Below are positions 35,001 through 42,835 of a DNA stretch of 64,000 nucleotides, piece by piece. A program made the position numbers and the translations under genes. Below the pieces are notes generated by a model. It had not been told where the DNA came from and ran no database searches. It saw nothing but the letters and a program-made list of their open reading frames with translations. The DNA is from Elusimicrobiota bacterium. GTDB lineage: Bacteria; Elusimicrobiota; Elusimicrobia; UBA1565; UBA9628. Where the stretch lies: assembly GCA_035534315.1 (NCBI GenBank), contig DATLSD010000049.1, forward strand, positions 19,339-83,338. The letters run 5' to 3'. Numbering within the stretch: the stretch's first letter is position 1; the number at the start of each line of letters is the position of its first letter.

Positions 35001-35161
35001 TGGTCCTGGGCTTGGTGCCGCTGGCGACCGGCTGGGGCACGGGCTCGGAGCTGGAGCAACCCATGGCCGTGGCCGTCATCGGCGGCATTCTAACCTCGAC
35101 GCTTTTGACCCTCATCGTGCTTCCCGCCGCCGCCGCGTTGTTCCTCAAAGAGGAAAAATAA
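32099..35161 (+). CDS. RND efflux transporter permease (CzcA/CusA-like family)
   Basis: 1020 aa with a 12-TM, two-large-loop architecture. N-terminal 'LFPPLNFPILSVVTQMPSYSSLEMERQITVPLE' and 'AIIVDDAIVVLENIF'. Substrate cannot be deduced from the sequence by eye. Confidence 0.9.
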   Translation: MFKKLLSKLLEAPKGVALAVALVFLAGLASFRGLQVGLFPPLNFPILSVVTQMPSYSSLEMERQITVPLESAFSGVLGVRKVRSASATGISMVSIQFAWGTDMLQARELILQALSSIRGQLPPDAEPSVETLGATLAMIQGYSLSGGPDTSPVELRDIAAYQLRPQLQRIMGVYKVLVIGGKALEYSVRLNPYLMIKYGVTLEDVRTALADNNILANPGTVVHDSQELVLHSDGQFGSAAEIGEVVIAVKDGIPVRIKDVARVAQTYQYERGDTSEDGHPAVLIQIFKQPSFGTLDVAARIDAEIKAFSKSLPEGVTLHNYYDQAQLVSDSIENVKENVWIGGLLVILVLALALRSFKTTLIATISIPISVVAALVLMRALGIGLNVMSLGGLAIGTAIIVDDAIVVLENIFRWLSTPTLRGSLSHKDLVISATQEVIKPVVVSTFTNIGIFLPMVFVAGFAGRLFAPVSFTVTFTILASLIVAVTVIPTLALYWLKAKDAPPEETEGSLKDGYSRILGAAMRRPLAAIVLGLLPAVAALGFFSKLNVEFLPSLDEGAILLSTLMPPGVSLTEAERVNRKIELWAQSLPGVVTVARLTGHAAGAEDTDNINHSDIMIKLVPKTKRPIPLKEFIAQMSAKTDALPSVSAEYLMPLADKINDAMGGVPADLGVNIFGPDLGKLNFYAQKLVKSMKPIPGIVNLMPPATIPVPSLQVTLNKKEAGRLGISESTIYDTLDAYSVGLVATAIRQVLKRINVTLHYAAPGQNIDFEAMDSLPLRTAGGNIVPLEQVASLSYSEIPSEIDHEHLSRMVTVTANISGRNARNVAADVQKAVEALQLPPGYSWAFTGKYAAQQKSFSNLLMVLGFAIIVVALIMWLEFRSWIQVAIILLTVPLAGVGAIFSLWLCGQTVNVSSMIGAVLLVGIVVRNGILLLDYMNAQLAEGIPLKEAISTAALKRVRPILMTASVMVLGLVPLATGWGTGSELEQPMAVAVIGGILTSTLLTLIVLPAAAALFLKEEK

Positions 35162-35173
35162 TACACTCGGGCC

Positions 35174-35488
35174 ATGGAAGAAAAAAAGCCCGTGCCCCAG
35201 CCCCAGCTGCAAATCGAAATCGACGACGCCACGGCGCGGGGCGTCTACGCCAACCTGGCGCTCATCACGCACAGCGAGACCGAGTTCGTGTTTGATTTTC
35301 TATTCCTGCAGCCGCAGAGCCCGAAGTCCAAGGTCCTCGCGCGCATTGTGTCCTCCCCGGTGCACGCCAAACGGCTTCTGTGGGCGCTCAAGGACAACAT
35401 CGACAAGTATGAAGCGCGCTTCGGTTCCGTCTCGGCCGGAGAGCCCGCCCGGTCCGGCGGACAAAAACCCGTCGGCTTCTACCAGTGA
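35174..35488 (+). CDS. DUF3467-family protein
   Basis: 104 aa with 'GVYANLALITHSETEFVFDF' and 'VHAKRLLWALKDNIDKYEARFG', which match my recollection of DUF3467. Confidence 0.65.
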   Translation: MEEKKPVPQPQLQIEIDDATARGVYANLALITHSETEFVFDFLFLQPQSPKSKVLARIVSSPVHAKRLLWALKDNIDKYEARFGSVSAGEPARSGGQKPVGFYQ

Positions 35489-36780
35489 TCCGGCGGGCCG
35501 CCGCGGGCGCGCCCGTGCCCCGCGTCGAGCTTCTCTGCGTCGGCAGCGAGCTTTTGGGCGGCAAGGTCAACACCCACCAAGCCTACATCTCCCTGGCGCT
35601 GGCACGGCTGGGCCTGTGCTTGTCCCGCGAAAGCTCGCTACCTGATGATCTGAAGCCCTTGCGGCGCGCCATCGCGGAGGCTTTCTCACGCGCTGACGTC
35701 CTCATTGTCTCCGGCGGCCTGGGTCCGACCTTCGACGACATCACCCGCGAAGCCGCGGCGGGCGCCCTGGGACGGCCCTTGGTCTTCAAGCCGGAGCTTT
35801 TCGCGCAAATCAAGCGCCGCTTCAAGCGCTTTCGCACCGCGATGCCCGCGGAAAACCGCCGGCAGGCCTTTGTCATCCAGGGAGCCCGCGCGCTCAGGAA
35901 CGATTTCGGCTCGGCGCCGGGGCAGTGGCTTGAGCTGCGCGGCGCGGGCGGCGCCAGGCCCAAGACGCTAATCCTGCTGCCGGGACCTTTCGCGGAACTC
36001 TCGCCGATGTTCGAGCTAGACGTTCTGCCGCGCTTAAAATCGCTCTATGCCCGCGGAATATTTTCGCGCGCCCTCAGCGTCCACTTGGCCGGCATTTCCG
36101 AATCCGCGGCCGACGAACGCTTGAAAATACTGACCCGCCGGTCCAAACCCGGCGAAACCTTCACCATCCTCGCCGGCCGCGGCCAGGTGGACTTTCACGC
36201 GGCCGTGACGGCCTCAAGCGCGTTCGCCGCCGGCAAGAAAATGGCGCGCGTGCGCCGCCTCATCCGCCGCGCCGTGGGCAAGCACGTCTTCGGCGAGGGG
36301 GAAGCGACGCTTGAGTCCGCCGTGGGCTCTCTTCTGCGCCGCCGGCGCCTCACCCTGGCTGCAGCCGAATCCTGCACCGCGGGATTTTTCTCGGGACGCG
36401 TGACCGCCGTCCCGGGCAGCTCGGATTATTTCAAGGGCGGCGTGATCTCTTATTCTAATGATCTGAAAATCCGGTTGCTGGGCGTCTCATCGGATACGCT
36501 CAAGCGCCGCGGCGCGGTCTCATCCGAGTGCGCCAAGGAAATGGCCGGGGGCGCGCGCCGCGCGGCGGGCGCCTCAATCGGGATATCCATCACCGGCATC
36601 GCGGGACCCTCGGGCGGAACGAAAGCTAAGCCAGTGGGATTGGTCTACATCGGCATGGCCGGTCCCAAGGGGCGCGTCGAGGCCTGGGAAGGCCGCTTTC
36701 TCGGTTCGCGGCAGACCGTCCGGGAGCGCGCGGCCGCCGCGGCGCTCTACCGTCTCTGGCGTTTTTTGTCTCAGCGGTAG
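35485..36780 (+). CDS. cinA: CinA-family protein (MoCF-like domain + nicotinamide-nucleotide amidohydrolase PncC domain)
   Basis: GTGA overlap start. N-terminal 'ELLCVGSELLGGKVNTHQAYIS', 'VSGGLGPTFDDITREA', and C-terminal 'AAAESCTAGF' and 'ISITGIAGPSGG'. Confidence 0.88.
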   Translation: MIRRAAAGAPVPRVELLCVGSELLGGKVNTHQAYISLALARLGLCLSRESSLPDDLKPLRRAIAEAFSRADVLIVSGGLGPTFDDITREAAAGALGRPLVFKPELFAQIKRRFKRFRTAMPAENRRQAFVIQGARALRNDFGSAPGQWLELRGAGGARPKTLILLPGPFAELSPMFELDVLPRLKSLYARGIFSRALSVHLAGISESAADERLKILTRRSKPGETFTILAGRGQVDFHAAVTASSAFAAGKKMARVRRLIRRAVGKHVFGEGEATLESAVGSLLRRRRLTLAAAESCTAGFFSGRVTAVPGSSDYFKGGVISYSNDLKIRLLGVSSDTLKRRGAVSSECAKEMAGGARRAAGASIGISITGIAGPSGGTKAKPVGLVYIGMAGPKGRVEAWEGRFLGSRQTVRERAAAAALYRLWRFLSQR

Positions 36781-37202
36781 GGGAAAAGCCCCACGACCCA
36801 CTGCCCGGGCACGGACTCTGGGTTGACGCCCAGCCGCTTTAAGCCCACTTCGGCGTCGCCCTGCGTGGGCCGGCGGCCGGCGATCCACTGCTTGACCGGA
36901 GGCGGCACGCCGGGTTTGGTCGGCATGCTATATCCCAGGTAGACCGCAACCCCAAGGATGAAGAGTCCCTCCATCGCGACCTTGGCCAAGCCCGGGCTCC
37001 AGTTCATGAGCTTGAAAAGGAGATAAAGAGCTCCCGCCCCGCACAAAATTGCCGGGAAGCATCTCAGCCCCCATCCGATGCTGGTCCAATCAGGATAGGC
37101 GATGAGAAAATAAAGGTAGACGAGAACGCCGTAGAAGGTAAATCGGAGAATCGCCATTGGATTTCCCGGGCCTGTGGCAAAATAATACGCGGACCGTGTC
37201 AC
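36771..37202 (-). CDS. hypothetical integral membrane protein
   Basis: Three or four hydrophobic helices ('FTFYGVLVYLYFLIAY', 'CFPAILCGAGALYLLF', 'LFILGVAVYLGY'). It is the last gene of the ExbBD-TonB transcription direction. The start is uncertain (GTG 37202 or ATG 37157). Confidence 0.6.
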   Translation of the reverse strand: MTRSAYYFATGPGNPMAILRFTFYGVLVYLYFLIAYPDWTSIGWGLRCFPAILCGAGALYLLFKLMNWSPGLAKVAMEGLFILGVAVYLGYSMPTKPGVPPPVKQWIAGRRPTQGDAEVGLKRLGVNPESVPGQWVVGLFPYR

Positions 37203-37240
37203 GGATTTATTTCGGAGCGGGCCGAGGCTCCGCGGCGGGC

Positions 37241-37942
37241 TCAGGACGACGTCAGCGTAAGGTGTATGGTGAGAAAGGGCTTCTTGAAGCTCGTGGGCAG
37301 CGGGGGGAAAGGCGCCGCGTCCTTAACCGCGCCCAATGCCGTCAAATCAAAGCCCGCGTCGCCGGAACTCTCCTCGGTGCGCAAGTCCGTGATATTGCCG
37401 TCGGGAAGGATGGAGAAGACCACGACGCTGCTGCCGCCGCCGCCCGGCATGCGCGCCGACCACTGCCGCCAGAGCGCCATGCGGATCTGGCTGATGTACC
37501 ACGGGTAGGGAAAATTCGAGAGCGTCATGCTCACCGAGCCGGGCGCGGAAGAGCCCGCGGGCTGCGCTGGCTCCTCGGCCGGAGCCGCGGCCTCTTGCGC
37601 GGGCTTGGACGGGGACACGTTTTTATATCCCTGCAGGAGGCTCGGCGGCGGCAGTGCCTCCTCGCGATGGCGCCGCGCGCTAAACTCCCGCGTCTTTCTT
37701 TGCTCCTCCATGTGGCCCGCGGACGCCTTCATGGCGGCCGGCGCCGGCCTCTTGGCCGCCGCGGCGCCTTGATTCTCCTCGACGGAGGGAGCCGGGCCCA
37801 CGACGTCGATGGTGTAGACGCCGCTCATGCGCGGCGCGCTCTTGATGAAGGCCAGGGCCATCGCGAAGCCGATGGCCGCGTGCAGAAAGACGGAGTAGCG
37901 CAGGTAAGGCTTTAAATCGGCGGGGACTATCGTTTTGTTCAA
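37241..37942 (-). CDS. tonB: TonB/TolA-like energy transducer (TonB C-terminal domain)
   Basis: TTGA overlap with the exbD stop. It has an N-terminal TM, a Pro/Ala/Glu-rich linker, and the TonB_C pattern 'FPYPWYISQIRMALWRQW...VVFSILPDGNITDL...SSGDAGFDLTALGAVKDAAPFPPLP'. Confidence 0.8.
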   Translation of the reverse strand: MNKTIVPADLKPYLRYSVFLHAAIGFAMALAFIKSAPRMSGVYTIDVVGPAPSVEENQGAAAAKRPAPAAMKASAGHMEEQRKTREFSARRHREEALPPPSLLQGYKNVSPSKPAQEAAAPAEEPAQPAGSSAPGSVSMTLSNFPYPWYISQIRMALWRQWSARMPGGGGSSVVVFSILPDGNITDLRTEESSGDAGFDLTALGAVKDAAPFPPLPTSFKKPFLTIHLTLTSS

Positions 37943-38349
37943 GGCCTGGCTTCAACGCCGACGCCCATCTTGCCCACGCCCAGACGCTTGGCCGCGTCCA
38001 AGACGGCCACGACGCGCTCGACGGCGACGCTCTTGTCCGCCTCGACGAGAACCGTCTTGCTGCGTGAACTGCCCAGGCGCAGGGAAAGCTCCCGCGTCAA
38101 ATCGTCCCAGCGGACGGGCCGACTTTCGATAAGCAGCGCGTCGTTGCGGTCGATTTCCACGTGAATCGTGGTCGCGGCCGGCGCGGGGCTTCCCGAGGAC
38201 GCCTTGGGAAGCTTGACGCTCAGCTCGGACTGGACCATCATGGGCGTCAGGACCATGAAGATGATGACCAGAATGAGGGACACGTCGATGAGCGGGATGA
38301 GGTTCATCTCCGCGATGATCCGCCGGCCCGGCTTGCGCGAGACGTTCAC
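37939..38349 (-). CDS. exbD: ExbD/TolR-family biopolymer transport protein
   Basis: GTGA overlap with the exbB stop. It has 'EMNLIPLIDVSLILVIIFMV' and a C-terminal 'VLVEADKSVAVERVVAVLDAAKRLG'. Confidence 0.88.
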   Translation of the reverse strand: MNVSRKPGRRIIAEMNLIPLIDVSLILVIIFMVLTPMMVQSELSVKLPKASSGSPAPAATTIHVEIDRNDALLIESRPVRWDDLTRELSLRLGSSRSKTVLVEADKSVAVERVVAVLDAAKRLGVGKMGVGVEARP

Positions 38350-38978
38350 GAGACCTTATGCGCCTTGTCCGAGAGGCTGTCTAGGATTTCATCCGAAATC
38401 CAGTCCATTTCCTCGGCGAAGCTCTCCGTCCGCGAGTTGAAATAATTGTAGGCGGCCACGGCGGGGATGGCCACGAAGAGCCCCGTTGCGGTGCAGACCA
38501 ATGCCTCCGAGATGCCGATGGCGACCACGCCCGGCCCCGCGCCCGCGACCGAAGCCAGGTCCCGGAAGGCGCGCATGACGCCTACGACCGTGCCGAAGAG
38601 CCCGATGAACGGCGCCACGCTGGCAATCGTGCCCAAGGTCGAAAGACGTTTTTGCAAAAGGGCCTGGGCTCGCTCGCTGGCCCGCTCGGCGCCGCGCTTG
38701 CGTTCATCCCGGGCGCTGGCGCCCACCAGGCTTGCCATTACCACGTCCTGGGCCAGTCCTTGGTGGCGACGGCACGCCGACATGGCTTCGGAGAAATCGC
38801 GCGCGGCGACGAATTTGCGGATTTTTTCCAGGAACTCCTGGGTTCCTTTGATGGCCGTGTCGAAGTAACGCCAGCGCTCCCAGATGAGCGCCAGCGAATA
38901 AATCGAGAGAAAAATGAGGAAGACGAGGGTCACGCCCCCCGAGACGATGATTTCTTTCAAGCCGACGTGGAATTCCAT
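38346..38978 (-). CDS. exbB: MotA/TolQ/ExbB proton-channel protein
   Basis: I chose the ATG at 38978. It has three TMs and the conserved 'LGTIASVAPFIGLFGTVVGVMRAF' and 'ISEALVCTATGLFVAIPA'. Confidence 0.88.
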   Translation of the reverse strand: MEFHVGLKEIIVSGGVTLVFLIFLSIYSLALIWERWRYFDTAIKGTQEFLEKIRKFVAARDFSEAMSACRRHQGLAQDVVMASLVGASARDERKRGAERASERAQALLQKRLSTLGTIASVAPFIGLFGTVVGVMRAFRDLASVAGAGPGVVAIGISEALVCTATGLFVAIPAVAAYNYFNSRTESFAEEMDWISDEILDSLSDKAHKVS

Positions 38979-39027
38979 GCGTGAATTATCCCAAATCCCG
39001 TGGCGGGATTCAAACCTGGGGAACGCC

Positions 39028-39576
39028 TCAGCGGGCGGGCGTGAAGCTCTGCACCACGTCCCGAAATACCGGCTCGCTTTCGGCGACGGCGTCATCCGGG
39101 CACATGTAAACCAGCGCGTAGAAGCCGTCCTTGGCGGAAATCAGATAGTCTTCCTCCTTGATTCTTTCAAATTGGGTCGAATGAATTTTCGGGCGCTTGG
39201 ATTCCATGGAGAAATAATAAGCGTCGGCGCGGCCCACGTCCTCCTGGATCATGGGAACGGCGTCCGCGGCCGAGAGCGTTTCCCGGCGGTAGTAGTCCTC
39301 GGGGCCGGCGAAGTCGGCCTTGGTGTAGCGGTAAACCGCGATGGACGCGGAGTCGGGATGCGCGCCCGCGGGCGGGCCGAAGAAAGTCACCAGGGAGCCG
39401 GCCTGGTTTTCCAGGGCGCGCCAATCTCCGGGAACGGCGCAGGAAAATCCGTCCGACCGGGACAAGTAGGTCACCGCACCGGGAAAACTCGGAGCCTTGC
39501 GCGAGCAGGCCGCCAAGACCAAGCCGAGGCACAGGAATAGCCCCGGCCGCGCGCGATCAAGGTCCCGGGCCGACAT
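39028..39576 (-). CDS. hypothetical lipoprotein
   Basis: The strong SD AAGGAGG lies 5 nt upstream of the ATG at 39576. It has the lipobox 'LAAC'. No family was recognised. Confidence 0.7.
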   Translation of the reverse strand: MSARDLDRARPGLFLCLGLVLAACSRKAPSFPGAVTYLSRSDGFSCAVPGDWRALENQAGSLVTFFGPPAGAHPDSASIAVYRYTKADFAGPEDYYRRETLSAADAVPMIQEDVGRADAYYFSMESKRPKIHSTQFERIKEEDYLISAKDGFYALVYMCPDDAVAESEPVFRDVVQSFTPAR

Positions 39577-41644
39577 GAGAGCCTCCTTGTTGAAGTTTTG
39601 TCAAAGCCGCCTGAACCTGCGCGGCCGAGTCGTCATCGCCGATGGCCTGCGCCAAGTCGCCGGCCATCTTCAAATCCTCGGGCGAGCCCTTGCCGGCTGC
39701 GGCCCGGGCCAGCGCCGAGTCGATGAAAGAGAGGGCCTCATCGCCGGTCTCAATCTGCAGTTTCTCGTCGTTGGATAGCTGTCCGAACTGGAACGAATAG
39801 AGGATGGCGTGATAGCGCTCGGCCGAACTCTTGGCCAGGCGCGCCGCGGTGAGCTGATCCAAGCTCTTGTGCGCCGCGGCCTTTTGGATTTTGGAGAAGA
39901 GCGCGCTGTCCTTGGCGTTGAGCACCAAGGCCGTCTCCGCCAGGCTGTTGGCTCCCGTCAAATCGTTCAAGGCGGCTACGAGCGGCTCATTTGCGCTACG
40001 CGTCAAGGCCGCTTGGGCGATGCCGGGAAACCGGGCCTCGGCCTCGCTCTGCATGTTCTTGTAGTCGCCGCCCATAAATTTTTTAGTCCGGGCCTGATAG
40101 TCGCTTTCAAACCGCCCCAAGGCCGCGCTGGTCTCCTTGAGACCAAGTATTTTGAGCAGTTCCTTGGGAAGCAGCGAGCGGACCTGTCGGCCGATGGCGG
40201 AAGACGTGCTTTCCTCCCGGCTCACAAGCTGCTTGACCGTAGGAATACTGGCTGCCTGGACGGAGTCTCCGCTCAGATATTGCAGATCGATGCCCTGGAG
40301 GAACTGGTTGTAGCTGGCCAGCATGGACTGAAGCTCCGGCATCCAGCCCTCGTAATTAGAGTTAGCCAAGGACGCCTTTGGATGGGCCAGGATTTGCGCC
40401 ATCATGTAGCGCATTTGCAGCGTGTATGCCTCGTGTTCGTTTTCCAGGATATCGGCCTGCGTGTAAGGGCCCGTGGGAATCTCGCGGTCCAGCGCCGCGT
40501 GCGTAAGCTCGTGCGCGATGGTGAAGTCGTTGTTCCCGATGAAGCTGTCGAAAACCGCCGGATGGACCAGAAGCCACGCGTTCATCTTGCTCGAGTCGTC
40601 GTAAAGCGCCCGTTTTGCGGAGTTGGAAAGAGCGTTGAACGCCGGATCGTCGAGGATGTACTTCCGGTTGAAAACTACCGTGTCCATGCCGGGCACGTAG
40701 GCCGCCGCGTCGAAATCGCCCAAGTTGCCGATGAGAAAAGCGGGCAGCTTGACCGCGCCGCCGTTGACCTTAAAGCGCTTCATGAGCTCCGCGCCCACGG
40801 GGTTCTGGGATAAAATCGTCCGGGTCTTGGCCGCGCACAAAGCGCCCAGTTTGGCCTCGGTCCCGTCGAAATAGGACTGCGACGCCTTGGCGCCCCACTC
40901 TCCCGTGTGCACCGCAGGGAAATTATTGGCCTTCGTAAAATCCTTGACGGATTCCTGCCCGTCGAAAAAGCGCGTGAGGTCCCGCGCCGCGCTCTGGAAG
41001 TCGCCGCGCAGCGCCCCGGCGGGAAGCTTCGCGCGCAGACTGATCATCCCAGCTAGGGCCGGCGGCAGGGCCTTTTTTCCGGTGATGTTGAAGGAAATTT
41101 TCCCGATTTGAGCCAGGGCCGCGGCGCTCAAGGGCTTGCCGGGCGGCTGTTGGGCCAAAAAGGAGCCGATGCGCTCCGCGAGCACCTCGGACTGCTGCAG
41201 CGACTGCTGGCGGCGGAAAGACGCTTCGTCGAGATAGGAAAGCGCCTGGACCTTGCCCTTGTCGTCCTTGCACAGGACGCGGCCCGGCTCGAAGCGGCAG
41301 CGGCCGCCGAGATAGAGGCCGCTTTTTTCGTCGGACGTCAAGGGATATTGATCCGTGTCGTAATCGGCCAGGAACGCGCTCATCTCGCCCCGCGTCAAGA
41401 CCGCACCGCCGGGCCCCGTGACGCGCCCGGTTTTCCTGTCGATGCTCCAGCACAGCGAGGCCAACTCGTCGCGGTCGTTCTTGGACAGGGGGGCCTTGGC
41501 GGAAGAAACGATGTAGGGCGCTTTGGACGCGCCGGCGGCCATGGCGCCGGCAGGAGGATAAACGGGAGCCACGCAAAAAGAAGCGCCGGCGGAGGCGGCC
41601 GGCGCAAAAGCGAGAATGAGCAGCGCAACGGTCCTAAAACTCAC
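39557..41644 (-). CDS. large exported protein with HExxH zinc-metalloprotease-like motif
   Basis: 'FTIAHELTHAAL' is followed 19-21 residues later by 'ENEHE', a gluzincin-like spacing. I propose the GTG at 41644 as the start, giving the signal peptide 'VSFRTVALLILAFAPAASAGA'. The track start at 41779 would overlap the divergent gene. The C-terminal third is alpha-helical and Ala-rich. Confidence 0.65.
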   Translation of the reverse strand: MSFRTVALLILAFAPAASAGASFCVAPVYPPAGAMAAGASKAPYIVSSAKAPLSKNDRDELASLCWSIDRKTGRVTGPGGAVLTRGEMSAFLADYDTDQYPLTSDEKSGLYLGGRCRFEPGRVLCKDDKGKVQALSYLDEASFRRQQSLQQSEVLAERIGSFLAQQPPGKPLSAAALAQIGKISFNITGKKALPPALAGMISLRAKLPAGALRGDFQSAARDLTRFFDGQESVKDFTKANNFPAVHTGEWGAKASQSYFDGTEAKLGALCAAKTRTILSQNPVGAELMKRFKVNGGAVKLPAFLIGNLGDFDAAAYVPGMDTVVFNRKYILDDPAFNALSNSAKRALYDDSSKMNAWLLVHPAVFDSFIGNNDFTIAHELTHAALDREIPTGPYTQADILENEHEAYTLQMRYMMAQILAHPKASLANSNYEGWMPELQSMLASYNQFLQGIDLQYLSGDSVQAASIPTVKQLVSREESTSSAIGRQVRSLLPKELLKILGLKETSAALGRFESDYQARTKKFMGGDYKNMQSEAEARFPGIAQAALTRSANEPLVAALNDLTGANSLAETALVLNAKDSALFSKIQKAAAHKSLDQLTAARLAKSSAERYHAILYSFQFGQLSNDEKLQIETGDEALSFIDSALARAAAGKGSPEDLKMAGDLAQAIGDDDSAAQVQAALTKLQQGGSHVGPGP

Positions 41645-41706
41645 AAAACGAATATAAGCCCTCAGCTGTTTTTTGTCAAGGGCCGATCTGATAAAATGAT
41701 CGCGGC

Positions 41707-42822
41707 ATGATCGCGGCAAACAGAAAAAAAGCGGCGGTATTTTTGCCGCTGGCGGCTGCGCTTCTAATTTGCGCCGCACGCGCGCGGGCCATCTCGCCCA
41801 TAACCGTGGCCGTGCCGCCAGGCTGGCAACAGGTGCAGAGCGCCACGGCGCCCGTGGTCATCGCCCTGAAGGGTCCGGCGCAGAGTTCGTTTATTCTGGC
41901 CTTGAGTCCCGCGGCCATGGACATGACCGACAGGCCGGGCCTAAGCGCCTTCTTGGCCGACGTCTTGGACGCCTTCAACCGCCGGACTTTGGCGAACTTC
42001 ACCGCGGCGGGAGACGTGCAGGACCAGACCTTTCCCAACGGCCTGACCGCGCACTACTTGAAGGCCACCGCGCCCGGCAAGCCGCCGCTCATCCTGGCCG
42101 CCCTGCAGGTGGGAAACAAGAATTTTATCGGAACGCTTATCAGCAACATCCCGGACCTCATGCTGCCCGCCATCGTGGGATCCTTGAGCGTGCCGGGAGC
42201 GCCCGCGGCGGCCGCCGTGTCCGCAGGCCAGGCCTCGGGGCAAAGCTCGGACGGCCAGTTGGCCTTCACCTTGAAGCCCGATTGGCGGCGCGTCCCGGAC
42301 GCCATCGCGCAGGCCGCCGACCCCGACACGGTCTTCGAGGCCAAGGCCATGGGCTCGCAGGTCAGCGTCACCAAGGCCAAGGACGCAGAGAGCGTGCCCA
42401 TCGCGGAAGAGCCGGACGTCGTCCTGCAGATGGCCCGCCAAATTCCCGAGGCTGACGCGAAGACGGCCGAGGCCGCGCGGTTTTTGCCGACTCCGGCGGG
42501 GCCGGCGCTCATCTACGCCGCGGCTCAAGACAAGTCGAAGGGCGCGCAATACGTAGTGGGGTATCTTCCCTGGACGTATCTGGGCTATTCCGTGCTGGCC
42601 AGCGGGCCCAACGCCGAGGAACTGGTGCGGGAGCTCTTCTCAAGCCTGACGCTGGGGCCCTCGGCCATCCCCGGCTTGGTGGCGGCCACGCCGACCCTCC
42701 CGTCTTGGACCTGGGTTCAGTCCGCCGAAGTGGGCGCGACGGTCCTGCTCCTCATTCTCGCCGCCGTCATCACCATCGTCCTGCGCCGCCGTTCAAAGCG
42801 CCGGAAACGACCTCTGCCATAA
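41707..42822 (+). CDS. hypothetical exported protein with C-terminal TM anchor and poly-basic tail
   Basis: Signal peptide 'AAVFLPLAAALLICAARARA', and a C-terminal 'GATVLLLILAAVITIVL' followed by 'RRRSKRRKRPLP'. Confidence 0.7.
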   Translation: MIAANRKKAAVFLPLAAALLICAARARAISPITVAVPPGWQQVQSATAPVVIALKGPAQSSFILALSPAAMDMTDRPGLSAFLADVLDAFNRRTLANFTAAGDVQDQTFPNGLTAHYLKATAPGKPPLILAALQVGNKNFIGTLISNIPDLMLPAIVGSLSVPGAPAAAAVSAGQASGQSSDGQLAFTLKPDWRRVPDAIAQAADPDTVFEAKAMGSQVSVTKAKDAESVPIAEEPDVVLQMARQIPEADAKTAEAARFLPTPAGPALIYAAAQDKSKGAQYVVGYLPWTYLGYSVLASGPNAEELVRELFSSLTLGPSAIPGLVAATPTLPSWTWVQSAEVGATVLLLILAAVITIVLRRRSKRRKRPLP

Positions 42823-42835
42823 AAACTTCGGGCGG

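Noticed and set aside
32099-35161. Assigning a specific metal substrate (Cu/Ag or Co/Zn/Cd) to the RND pump
   Set aside because: The family-level resemblance is clear. I cannot reliably locate the diagnostic Met-triad or charged-relay residues by eye, so substrate is left open.
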